DNA from: Octopus sinensis
Taxonomy: Eukaryota
Direction: 5' to 3'
Length of the DNA: 64,000 nt
NCBI RefSeq assembly: GCF_006345805.1
Contig: NC_043012.1
Coordinates: 27,404,001-27,468,000 of the forward strand
Below are positions 1-11,633 of the stretch, piece by piece. Each line of letters begins with the position of its first letter. Within the stretch, counting starts at the first letter, position 1. Under the pieces are notes generated by a model. That model saw only the letters and a list, made by a program, of their open reading frames with translations, ran no database searches and had not been told where the DNA came from. Both the position numbers and the translations under genes were made by a program.

Positions 1-194
1 GAATAGCGTGAGACCTTTTGGTCTTCTCTTCTCTTAAATTCCGGCCTTCCTTTAGTATTCCCATTGATTTAGAATGATGTATAGATGTATGTATTTATGT
101 AAAGTGTTAAATGTATGTATGTTATATAAAATATACATTATAAAAATATGTTAGTGTTATTTAATTTCTGAACGTGTAAAGTAAAGAAAATATA

Positions 195-383
195 AAAGAC
201 AACTCAGAGTCTTTGTCCGGGACTGGATTGATCCCAAAATCTACTTGAGACTGTGCCAGTCACAAGGCCAAACATCCTTGAAAGTTTCATCCAAATCCAA
301 CTGGCAGATTTTGGGATATCTAGTCCACAGACAAACAAACACGACTGAAAACAATACCTCCGCTTCGCTTAGGAGGATGTAAT
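195..383 (+). mobile_element. Non-autonomous Helentron/HINE-like repeat, 3' portion
   Basis: The motif aaagtttcatccaaatcc...acaaacaaacacgactgaaaacaatacctcc is followed by a terminal hairpin cctcc(357-361)...ggagg(372-376). The family assignment is from resemblance only. Confidence 0.4.
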
Positions 384-559
384 AATAAGTAAACAAGTAA
401 ATACAAATAAGAGACATATTATTCCTATCTAGACAATTTGTGTGTATAAACACACAAGGATGAGAGAGAGAGAGAGAGAAAGGGAAAGGTGAATAGACGG
501 CTGAATTGGTAACTGTTTGAAATACTGGGAAAAGGGGAATGTTATATCATAGTTACAAA

Positions 560-754
560 CTCATAACATCAACGGAAAGAGTACATGTGTTCATATATGT
601 ATACATATACAAGTATGTGTACATGTTTATATGTGTGTGTATACATATATATGTGTGTAAATGTGGATGTATGAGTTTGTATATGAGTGTGTGTGTGTGT
701 CTATAAGTATAAATCTGTATAAATGTGTGTGTGTATATGCGTGCATGCATATGA

Positions 755-789
<35 letters not shown>

Positions 790-1085
790 TATATACATAT
801 ATATATATATAAATCTGTGTGCATCTATATAAATATACGTTCATCAAAGGATGCTTACAAATGTGTATTTATGTATGTATACATCTGAATGAGTTTATAT
901 ATATCCATGTGTGTATGTATGTAATGTGTGTATGTATGTAATGCGTGTATGTTCATATATGCATATATAAGTATGCATAAATATATAAATGTGTACATGT
1001 ATATATAAGTATGCATATATTTATAACTTTAATTGTGTATGCACACCTATATACACCCAAATGTACATACTTCACTGTGTGTGTA
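560..1085. repeat. Degenerate (TA)n/(TG)n/(CA)n microsatellite
   Basis: Visible dinucleotide arrays. They are the source of the spurious ORFs at 553-888. Confidence 0.9.
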
Positions 1086-1089
1086 TATG

Positions 1090-2342
1090 TTAAGGTGTTT
1101 GGAAAGTAATTGTGTTTTTTCACCACGATGAAATATGAATCAACTAATCATATCAGAGCCAAGGTTGAATGAGTGGGAACTGTCTAGAAATAATATATCA
1201 TCTCTTCTATCTGGCAGTGTATCATTCATAGTTATTTCGGTGATTGACCCCATGGAGGATAAGAACTTTATGAAACAATATATTCACCATTGCTTAACAG
1301 TGTGAGTTTCAAAACAAAAGTACCACTACAGAAGCAATGAAAAACATGTGAGTGCAGTGAAAGCTCATACATGTCAGCTGTGGTTTAACAGACTTAAAGG
1401 TGGAAATTGTGACATATCCAACAAGCCTCGCCCTGGAAGACAAGCCACTCTGAATGATGACCTCTTGAATGAGACTATTGCATCAGGTCCATGTCAAAGC
1501 ACCAGAGATTTGGTGCAAAAATTTAATGTGTTACGTTCAACTATCCTCTAACATCTCAAGCAAATTGGGAAAACAAGCAAAGAGGAAATTTGGGTTCTAC
1601 ATGAGCTTACGCTTGAGAACTGAACACAACATTCCACCATCTGCAGCAGTCTTCTAGCCAGGAATAACACCTGTTATTTCTGCAGAGCATTGTTACAGGC
1701 ATTGAAAAATGAGTTTTGCATCACAATAGATAATGAAAAAGACAACAGTTATCATGTAATGAGAGGCCAGTGCCAACACCAAAACCAGAGCTTCTTACAC
1801 TAAAATTCTTGCTCTGTGTTTAGTGAAACATGAAAGCTACTGTCCATTATGAGCATGCAAGGACCATCAATGTAGATGTCTACTACCAACAAATTGATTG
1901 TGTAAATGAAAAATTATGTTGAAAGTGGCCAGCTTTGGTAAATAGAAAAAGTGTTATTCACCAGCATGACAATGCACAGCTACACTCTTCAAAACAAACC
2001 TAAGAAAAAATAAAATCAGTAGGATGGGAAGTTCTTCCACATCCTCTATACTCACCTGACTTAGTACCTACAGATTTCCATCTGTTCCAATCACTAGAAC
2101 ATTTTATAAGAGACAAAACATTCACAAACAGAGAGGAAGTTGAAAACAGTCTTTCAGACATTTTCTTCGGGAAAAGAAATAGGTTTCTTTGAACATGGCA
2201 TAAAAATTTACTTTCCCATTGGGCTGCAGTCATTGAAAATGATAGTGATTACATTCTTGATTAAAACTATTCAGGCAAACGTAGTTTACATTTGTTTTTA
2301 TATCCTTTCGGGTAAAATGCAATTACTTTCCGAACACCCTAA
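1090..2342 (+). mobile_element. Decayed full-length mariner transposon
   Basis: The TIRs are ttaaggtgtttggaaagtaattg and gcaattactttccgaacaccctaa(ta). Transposase remnants include CQLWFNRLKGGNCDISNKPRPGR, HDNA and HPLYSPDLVPTDFHLF, with many stops. Confidence 0.85.
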
Positions 2343-2409
2343 TATAATTTGAAACAAAGAATAAATAAAATAATAATATACTAATCTTTTTTATACATAT
2401 ACATAATAT

Positions 2410-2582
2410 TGGTTTTAAATTTTGGCATAAGGCCAGCAATTTCCTAGTGCTTATTTTACCTATCTCAAAACAATGAAAGGCAAAGCTGATCTGAGTAGCA
2501 TTTGAACTGAGAATGTAAAGTTGGAAGAAATGGCTGCTAAGTATTTTTCCTGATATGCTTACAATTCTGCCAGTTTTCTTTA

Positions 2583-2637
<55 letters not shown>

Positions 2638-2845
2638 CACACACACACACACACATGTAAAATTCCTTTCTATTATAGGTACAAGGCTTGAAAACTGAAA
2701 GGAGGTGGGGGGACTAGTCTATTACATCAACTCCAGTGTTTGTCTGGATGAAAGGTAAAATTGACCTGGGTGGCATTTGAACTAAGAAAGTAAAATCAGA
2801 AGAAATGGCTGTGAAGCATTTTTACCAACATGCTAATGATACTAC
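2410..2845 (-). mobile_element. Two decayed tRNA-headed SINE copies
   Basis: These are reverse-complement matches to the SINE at 55080-55310 (atttgaact = B-box region), separated by (TA)n. Confidence 0.6.
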
Positions 2846-2849
2846 AGGG

Positions 2850-5665
2850 ATGCTGTCAGTAAGGTAAGGGTCGGCAGTGAGTATAGTGAAGAATTCTGGG
2901 TAGGTAGAAGTAGGGGTTCACCAAGGATCAGTCCTCAGCCCCCTCTTATTCATCATAGACTTCTATGCAATAACAGAGGAATTCAAGATAGGCTGCCCCT
3001 AGGAGCTCCTCTACGCTGATGACATTGCTGTAATACCTGAGTCACTATCAGAACTAGAGAAAAATCAAGGGTGGAATCAAGGTCTAGAATCAAAGGGCCT
3101 TAGAGTCAATCTAACAAAAGCCAAAGTCTTGGTAAGTATGAAGGTAGACAAATTACAAATCCCTTCAGGTAGATGGTCCTGCTTGATCTGTAGAAAAAGT
3201 GTAAGTTGAAACTCCATAGGATGTACCCAGTGTAAGCTATGGACATATAGGTGCAGCAATATCAAAGGAAGGTTAACTGGGTAGATAGTTTTTATGTGTG
3301 GCACAGGGGCAATAAACACTGAAGATGTACAGAAAACAGATTCGATCAGATGCCAGGGAAAAAAAAATTAGAAGTAGTTGATAGCTTCTAATGATAGCTT
3401 CTAATGGTGATAGCTTCTAATGGTGACCAAGTCAGTTGGGGGGGATACTCCAAGAGTGTAGCTGCCAGAATAAGAATAGATTGGGCAAAGTTCAGAGAGC
3501 TACTCCTTCTGCTGGTAACATTACACATCCGCTGGATGTGTAATGTCAGTGTGCATACATGACAGAGTGTGAGCGCTCTGAGAGAAAAGTTGGACATGAG
3601 AGACGACTGCGCTGGTACAGCTATGTTACATATAGATGAGGACAGCTGTGTGAGGGAGTGCCACACCCTAACTGTGGAAGGAACCTGTGGAAGAGGTAGA
3701 CCCAGAAAGGCATGGGATGAGGTGGTGAAGCATGACTTTCGAACATTCGCCTCATAAGGCAATGACAGGAGACCGAGACTTTTGGAGGTATGCTGTGATT
3801 GAGAAGACCCGGCAACTAAAGTGAGATCGCAGCCATGGCTGATGCCAGTGTTGCATGTCCAGCCCATTTAAGGAGTGTAGATAGTGTTGCATACAAGTGA
3901 TGTGGAGGGGAGCTTCAGCCAAGTTCATCACAGGCAAAAAACAGAGGTATAAAATCTTCTGGACAGGTAATAAAGGTGGTTGACGTAGGCATATTTCTAG
4001 CTGAGAAATAGGTGGATAAAGTGATTGAGGTGGCTAGAGTGTGTGATAAGTATGTGTAGACTAATATCAACTATAATTTCTGCCTATGATCCTCAAATTG
4101 GATTGCCAGATGAACAAAAGGAATGACTTTATGATACCCTTTTGCAGGCTACCTTGAAAATAAATGACAGTGACCTTATCTTTGTGGATGGTGACTTCAA
4201 TGGGCATGTTGGGCAGCATGTAGATGGCTTCTATGGTGTGCATGGAGGCTATGGAGTTGGTTTCTGAAATGTGGAGGCAACATAGATACTGAAGTTCTGT
4301 GATGCGCATGACCTAATGATCTGGTGACCCCATTCATCATAAAGCAGAATAGATGGTTGCTCAAAAATGAAAAGACCTTCCCATGTGAAAATGTGCTCCT
4401 CAACACAGGCTAGACATTAGTGAATTCAGACCTCAGTCTAGAAGGATTCCAAGAAGCAAACCAGTCTAGAAAAGAAGGAAGTTTAAGGATCCTATGAATA
4501 GACAGAGATGTAGAGACATCTTACATGAAGCATTTTACAAGAAGGAAGAGAAGATAATGACATATGACATAGAGGACAACTGGAAGTTCCTTTGGGATAT
4601 AGTACTAAGGGTTATAGACCAAATTTGTGGTGAGTGCAAAGCCTCAACAACATATAAGATGTCACAGGTGTGGAATGGTGTAGTAGACAGGGCCATAAGA
4701 GCAAAGAAACAGGGTTGGAAGGTCTGGAAGCGATTCGAGTATGAAGTATGAAGACAAAGAAAGTTCCTAGCTCATCAGGAATTATCATTGAGATGGGGTG
4801 GGATATAATCTAGTTAATCAGGTTGTCCAGGAAGTGATCATACCCAATGACTGGTGTAGCAGCATTATATTCAACTGCTACAAAGGGATAGGTAATGCCT
4901 TAAACAGAAGTACTTACAGTTATTAAGGTACAGCACCAGGTGATGAAAGTTACAGAAAGGGTCATAGCTCAACTAATTAGGAAGACAGCTAGCCTAGATG
5001 AGATGCAGTTTGTTTTTGTGCCAGAGAGAAGCACTTCTGATGTTATATTCCTGGTAATAAAGCATCTGTAAGACAAGTACTTAACCAAAAATAAACCTCT
5101 GTACTTGGCATTTGTTGACATGGAGAAAGCCTTTGACAGACTCCCTAACTCTCTCATCTCATGCTCAATGTAGACACCAAGGGTAGAAGAGTGGTTGGTG
5201 AAAGCTGTTCAAGGAATACTGTCAATAAAGTGAAAGTCAGCAATGAATATAGCAATGAATTTAGTGTGGAGGTAGCAGTTCACCAGGTCTCAGCCCCCTC
5301 TTGTTTATCATAGTCCTCCAGTCCATTACAGAGGAATTTAAAGCTGGTTGTCCTCTAGAGCGCATCTATTCTGATGACTGTGTACTTACAGCTGAATCTC
5401 TACTACAATAAGAGAAAAATTTCTGGTGTGGAATTAAAAGGCCAGAGTTAATTTACCAAAGACTACCTCCATAGGTGGCTGGTGCAGGAGGCACATAAAA
5501 ACCATCTAGTATACAATGTAAAGTGGTTGGTGTTAGGAAGAGCATCCAGCTGTAGAAACCATACCAAAGCAGGCAATAGAGCTTGGTGCAGTCCTTTGGT
5601 TTGCTAGCTCTTGTCAAACCAGCTAACCCATGCCAGTATGGAAAATGGACATTAAATGCTGATGA
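2850..5665 (+). mobile_element. Cluster of decayed RTE LINE fragments (RT C-terminus; APE-RT piece; 3' tail)
   Basis: Contains ELLYADDIA, PHD-like remnants and TCGRGRPRKAWDEVVKHD (ORF 3569). An APE remnant (GDFNGHVG) lies near 4190. A 3' tail ccatgccagtatggaaaatggacattaaatgctgatgatg lies at about 5630-5665. Confidence 0.8.
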
Positions 5666-5779
5666 TGCCGATTATGATAAAAGTTATGCTCATGAAATAT
5701 ATTTTCCATGTCGAATCAAAAGAACTGTATCCACAGAATTAAAAATATTACCATAAATTCCAGTCTTGGTTTGAATATA

Positions 5780-7922
5780 CATATAGCAAAATCACTACCA
5801 GAACTAGAGCAGAAGTTTTAGGTATGGAAGCAAGGTCTAGAATAGAAAGGCCTTAGAGTTTTAGCGGTTTATTATGCTACCTTAAGCTTTCTCTTAGGTT
5901 ATATTATTTTATTTGGCTTTTTTTGAGTAAGGGGGAATATAATGATTAAAACGTCACTTATAACTTAAGTGTAATCATTATACACAAATCCGAACTAAAG
6001 TATTTAACGCCATAGAGAAATATACTCATGAAACGCTACGAATATTAACGACATGTATAATATTTTCTTCGTGTTCATTTAACCGCTATACGAAAATATA
6101 ATTTAATGATTACAGAAATGCATATTTATACACAGTTGAAAAAGCGTGAAGAGAAAACATTTCTTGATTAGTTTTAATATATAAATATAACATTTTATAT
6201 TATTTACATTAGAAAGGAAAGACAATTTTCGTCGTGTAGAAGAACGACTATATATTCATTAACTAATTCGTAAATCTAACTAATAGATTAATCAACAAAT
6301 CAAAATAGACTTGTGATTATTTTCTTTGGACATGGGATAAAATCACCAATGTCTCAAAGGAGTGAGTGTCGTGGAGTTCAGTTACATCCAACAAAACACT
6401 AAAGTTTTTCCCCAAATCCAGGGTTTTTATAACTGCTCAACTTGACTTAAAAGAATCGAAATCCATTACAAATATTCTTTACGAAACTTTTTAGAATCTT
6501 TATACGAGCAGTTATATTAACCAATTGAAAAAACGAAAATAATAATTCTTCTGCAATATGACATTATGTCATATTGCCAATTCGCGCCATATTTCAAAAT
6601 GGCAATATGACATTATGTCATATTGCCAATTCGCGCCATATTTCAAAATGGCTAAAATGGCTATTGCTACAGAGTTAACCAAGCAAACAACAAAGTCTAA
6701 GTAGGAAGGCAGATAAATTGCAAATCCCTTCAAGTAAACGGCCCTGCTCGATCTGATGCACCCAGTGTAAGCTTTGGACATATAAAAGGTGTAGCAATAT
6801 CAGAGGATAGTTAACAGGGAAAATAGCTTTTGTAAGTGGAAGATGCACAGGTACAATAAACACCAAAAATGTGCAGAAAATAGACTATCAACTGCCAGGG
6901 GCGCAAGTTAGAGGTAGTAGATAGCTTCCATTATTTAGGTGACCAAGTTAGTAGCAGAGGTGGATGCTCTGAGAGCATAGCTGTGGGAATAAGATTAAGC
7001 TGAGCAAAGTTCAGAGAGCTTCTACCTCTACTAGCAACAAAGAGCCTCTCTCTCTCAGAGTGAAAAGTAGATTATATGATGCCTGTGTGCGAACAGCTAT
7101 GCTACATGGCAGTGAAACATGGGCTGTGACAGCCAAGGACATGCATAGGCTTCAAAGAAATGAAGCCAGTATGCTTCGCTGGATGTGCAATGTCAGTGTG
7201 CATGTTCGACAGAGTGCAAGCATCTTGAGAGAAAAGTTGGGCATAAGAGGCAACAGATGTGGTGTGCAAGAGAGACAACTGGATGTGTATGGATGAGGAC
7301 AGCTGTGTAAAGAAGTGCCAATCTCTACCTGTGGAGGGAATCCGTGGTAGAGGTAGACCCAGGAAGACATGGGATGAGGTGATGAAGCATGATCTTCGAA
7401 CTTTAGGTCTCACAGAGGCAATGACTAGTGACCAAGATCATTGGTGATATGCTGTGCTTGAGAAGACCTGTCAAGCCAAGCAAAATTTTAGTTGTTGCTG
7501 ATGCTTGTGTCACGTAAAGAGCACCTTTCCAAGCATTGGGCCTCATGGAGGCAAAGTGGCCGAGCTTCTCTTGAGTGTTGGGTACCACAGAGGGAAAGTG
7601 GTTGAACTATTTTTGAATGTTGGGCCACTCAGAGGCAATGGCTGAGACCGTTGGCACTGTCATGCTCGAGAAGAAGACCCATCAAGCCGAGCAAAATTGC
7701 AGTCATGGCAGGTACTGGTGTCACACAAATGGCATTCATGCCGGTGGCACGTAAAAACACCCAATTACAATCTTGGAGTGATTGGCGTTAGGAAGGGCAT
7801 CCAGCCATAGAAACCATGTCACATCAAACTGGAGCCTAGAGCAGCCTTGCTGCTTGCCAGCCCTGGTCAAGCCATCCAACCCACGACAGCAGGGACAATG
7901 GAAACTAAATGATGATGATGAT
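5780..7922 (+). mobile_element. RTE LINE 3' fragment, interrupted at 5850-6675
   Basis: The sequence ggccttagagtt resumes as agagttaacc...aaagtc after the insert. ORFs 7060 and 7259 (RLYDACVRTAMLHGSETW, GRGRPRKTWDEV) match the RT C-terminus. A (GAT)n tail is at 7910-7922. Confidence 0.8.
5850..6675. mobile_element. Unclassified AT-rich insertion within the RTE, possibly a piggyBac-like non-autonomous end
   Basis: It interrupts a continuous RTE sequence at gagTTAAcc. It has a tandem duplication of caatatgacattatgtcatattgccaattcgcgccatatttcaaaatgg near its right end. No matching left TIR was seen. Confidence 0.35.
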
Positions 7923-8010
7923 GAAATTCAAATAAACGAACAATAAAATTAACAGACAACAAGTAGACGTGCACAAGGAATGTATTAGTTTGATGCTTAG
8001 TAAAAAGAGA

Positions 8011-8047
8011 ATTTCTGATGTTTCGAGCATAGCTCTTCATCAGAAAT
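8011..8047 (-). ncRNA. Minimal hammerhead-ribozyme-like motif in a Penelope pLTR-type repeat (7925-8270)
   Basis: The minus strand reads attt CTGATGA a GAGC tat GCTC GAAAC ATC agaaat. The core and stem II are canonical, but stems I and III are weak. Confidence 0.45.
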
Positions 8048-8144
8048 GAGAAAGGAAAAAATCCAAAGAAGAAAAAGAAATTGTCAACAGCACGTATATA
8101 TTTACTTTGCTGAAGTGGACAAAAAGTTGTATGTTTGTATGTAT

Positions 8145-8184
<40 letters not shown>

Positions 8185-8193
<9 letters not shown>

Positions 8194-8355
8194 TATTAGA
8201 GACAAAACCACTATTTTGCAAAACAAACAAGGAAAGACTTAATCAATACATAAAATTTTAATAAATAGTGACTATTTATTAAAATTTTATGTATTGATTA
8301 AGTCTTTCCTTGTTTGTTTTGCAAAATAGTGGTTTTGTCTCTAATAATATTTTAT
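8185..8355. repeat. Perfect palindrome, 85-bp arms, 1-nt spacer
   Basis: 8185-8269 is the exact reverse complement of 8271-8355, with the centre G at 8270. Confidence 0.95.
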
Positions 8356-8431
8356 AATATTTTACTATAAAATTGGATTTAATCCTAAATCTGATTTTTT
8401 CCCTGTAAATTTGGATTTATTCCCTAATATT

Positions 8432-8472
<41 letters not shown>

Positions 8473-8495
8473 CATATACATACATATACATACAC

Positions 8496-8532
<37 letters not shown>

Positions 8533-9119
8533 CATATACATACACATATATATATAATACAGAGTAGAGAAAATTGAAAATGCAAATCATAGGCAAACAG
8601 ATTCCCAAACGCATAAATGAAAACATTCAATCAAGTAGTTGAATCATATATATTTATACACATTAACGTAAATGATGCATGTACAAACATGAAGATTCTC
8701 CAAGGGTATGAAGAATAAAACCAAACATACATGAAAATATAGAAGAAATATATAAAAACACATAAAATTACATATAAATAAAATTTACATGTAAGGAGTT
8801 ATGTATGATAAATATAGGAGGTTCAAAGTGAATGAGAGGTTGATAAATATAGGAATAAAAATGTCAACTTTTAAAATGGCAAACTGCCTATATTGTCTAT
8901 ACATACAGAATATAAAATAGAAATTATGTTAGATATCAAGGTTAAGGAAAACATAAATAAAATAGGATCCAAACATTGGAGGATGTTCCATCTACAGCTA
9001 TTTCAAAAATTCCTAATAAAATGTTTTACAGCTTGTATGCAAATGATCACAAGTTTGCTATGAGAGGAAGTATCCAAATACTTGGGAATCACAATTATAC
9101 ATATAAACATGATTCTAAT

Positions 9120-9974
9120 TCAATTACTTAGTAGATTTAACTTTATAGGTTTTTAGAAATGTCAAGTGAAATTTATGGCTACATGAGGGAACCACATCTG
9201 AAAACATATTTAACATATTAGCATTTTATAATTTAAGGATTAGATACGATTCTCTTACACACAATGTACACCTATCGGAACCATTACCATATGAGGGAGC
9301 CCTCACAATTATGGACCATGAGAGGCCATAAAATAAGTTATATTCCTAAGTTTATTTATATAGGCCACTAAGGTAGTAGAATTCTTATACTTAGGGTTGA
9401 AAAGGAATTCAGATGGGCCCTATATCTCCTTTTGAAATCTATTGTACTACCTATATATCTTGTTTTGTCTATTGGGTATGCTTACTATACATTTATACAC
9501 AACACTGTATCAAAGACATGATCCTATAAGTGGACAGGTTTTGGGGATCCTGAAGTTACATATTTTATTCAGTGGCGCACTACTATTAATGTTCTTTTTT
9601 ATATTGCCAGCATTATCAACATCATTAGATTGGGGTATAACTCTAATTCATTAAAGTTTGATTATTACTATTTGTTATATTAGTATTTGGGGTTGATACC
9701 TTGGTGTTACCCTTATTTCCATTAGTATGTTATGCTAGTTTTAAAGCATTATTGTTGTCCTGATTTTTAGCTATATCCTTTATTTCATCAGTATATAGCT
9801 CTTCCCTTAAGTTATCGTTATTAGTTACACTATTGTTGTCCTTATTCATGATACATTTAATTTTATCCCTATTTATAGAAGCTATTATTGTTCCTAAGTT
9901 AGGTATTGCAGAATGTGAGAATTTTACAGTAGATTTATTAGAAATGGCATAATATTTGTGATACTTCAGGAAGG
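9120..9974 (-). mobile_element. Penelope-like element, GIY-YIG endonuclease segment (part 3 of a split element)
   Basis: Translates as KYYAISNKSTVKFSHSAIPNLGTIIAS, CNFRIPKTCPLIGSCL*YSVVYKCIV...KIYIGST and YGNGSDRCTLCVRESYLILK. Confidence 0.8.
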
Positions 9975-9976
9975 TA

Positions 9977-11259
9977 TCAGTTCATCCCATAAGTTCTGTC
10001 TGATTTTTACCTTTTTTAGAAATTGAATGAAATTTAATAGTATTTTAGAATGTCTAATGGAATTTAAAATTATTTTTATGCATCTGTGTACATTTAAACT
10101 AATTAAATATTTTACAGAATAATAGAATCAAAATTTCTTTGATTAAAACCCTTTCTAACATGGAAGTATCCAAAGAGCATTTGAGGCACAGAATGCTTTA
10201 TGAGTACAAAAAGGAAACTCTGCAGCTGAAGCAATGCGAAATATACACTCAGTTTATGGGAAAGAATGCTTGAATGAAAGAACTTGCAGAAGTTGGTTTG
10301 CAAAATTCAGAAGTGGAGATTTCAGCCTTCAAGATGAAGATCGAACAGGATGTCCAGTTGAGTTTGATGATAAGCTCCTTGAGGCATTACTTGAAGAAAA
10401 TCCTGCATTATCAGTTGAAGAATTGGCAATAAAACATAGTTCAAACCATACAACTGTTTATCGTCATCTTCAACAACTTGGAAAGGTTCCTAAACTTGGA
10501 AAATGGGTGTCTCGTGAATTGTCCAAAGGGAACCGCAAACCCCGAGTTGACATCTGCTCTTCTCTCCATTCTCGTGAACTCATTTCACCCTTTTTGGATA
10601 GACTTGTGATGAAAAATGGAACTTCTATCGAAATGTTAAACGTCGTAAACAGTGGCTTGGTAAAAGGGAAAAAGCTCAACTGCAAGCGAGAAGGGAACTT
10701 CATGGAAAAAAGGTTCTTCTCTCTATCTGGACGGATTACAAAGGAGAAATCACTTTGAATTGTTACCACCTAATGCAACAATCAATGCTCAAGTCTAGTG
10801 TCAGCAATTAGAGCATTTAAACCAAACTTTGAAGAAAAAAAAGACCCACTTTAGTGAATCGAAAAGGAGTGCCGTTTCATCAGGACAGTGCATCACAGAA
10901 GATCAAAGAGCTTGGTTGGGAAAAAATTTCTCCCACCTTATTTTCCTGACCTTGCTCCTTCAGACTACCATTTGTTTTGTAGTTTACAGAAGCATTTGGG
11001 GACATAACTTTCGCAAGCCAGGAGGAGGTCGAAACTGACATTTCAGAGTTTTTCGCTTTGAAACCAAAAGAGTTTTACGTTGATGGGATTAAAAAGCTTA
11101 TAAATAGATGGAAGGAAGTCATAGATAATCAGGGAAATTACATAGATTATTAAATTTCAATTAAATATAACATTTGATCACTTGTTTTCTTTATTCAAAA
11201 TTCAGACAGAACTTATGGGATGACCTGAACTTATGGGACGACTTTATGGGATGACCTGA
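9977..11259 (+). mobile_element. Mariner transposon inserted at TA into the Penelope-like element
   Basis: The TA flanks are at 9975-76 and 11260-61. The TIRs are tcagttcatcccataagttctgtc and gacagaacttatgggatgacctga, with the right end partly triplicated. ORF 10234 gives RSWFAKFRSGDFSLQDEDRTGCP and KLGKWVSREL, with frameshifts after that. Confidence 0.9.
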
Positions 11260-11261
11260 TA

Positions 11262-11441
11262 GATTGTAAGATTTTAAAAAACAATCTAAGTAGATTCCTA
11301 ACCCTAAGTGAGAAAGGAGTGGCAAACCAAATAATTTCACGTATTCTGCATTTAGAATTTCTAATTGTATTAGAAGTCTCGGGAGTAGGAAGTTTATACT
11401 TATAATTATTATAACACCTATGATTTTTTGGCCTAAAGCGT
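11262..11441 (-). mobile_element. Penelope-like element, linker segment (part 2)
   Basis: RIREIIWFATPFSLRV resembles the R-N-I-I-W-F-N-P-P-Y/F-S motif of PLE ORFs. It joins parts 1 and 3 in frame. Confidence 0.8.
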
Positions 11442-11633
11442 TTAACCCTTTTGTTACCAAACTGCCCAAAGCTGCCCCCCCCCCAATTTTGATCCATGTG
11501 ACCAAGCCGCCCAAAACCGCCCGTAATTACCTATTCATATTTAAATGAGAATATCAGAGCAAATCTCGTTAGTACATTCGTGAAAACACGTGATTATACT
11601 TCATAAACAGTTCATCTACAGTTTTGTACAACG

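Noticed and set aside
1-40. NSVRPFGLLFS* resembling the GIY-YIG C-terminal RPFGLN of Penelope elements
   Set aside because: It is only a five-residue match at the window edge and cannot be supported without upstream sequence.
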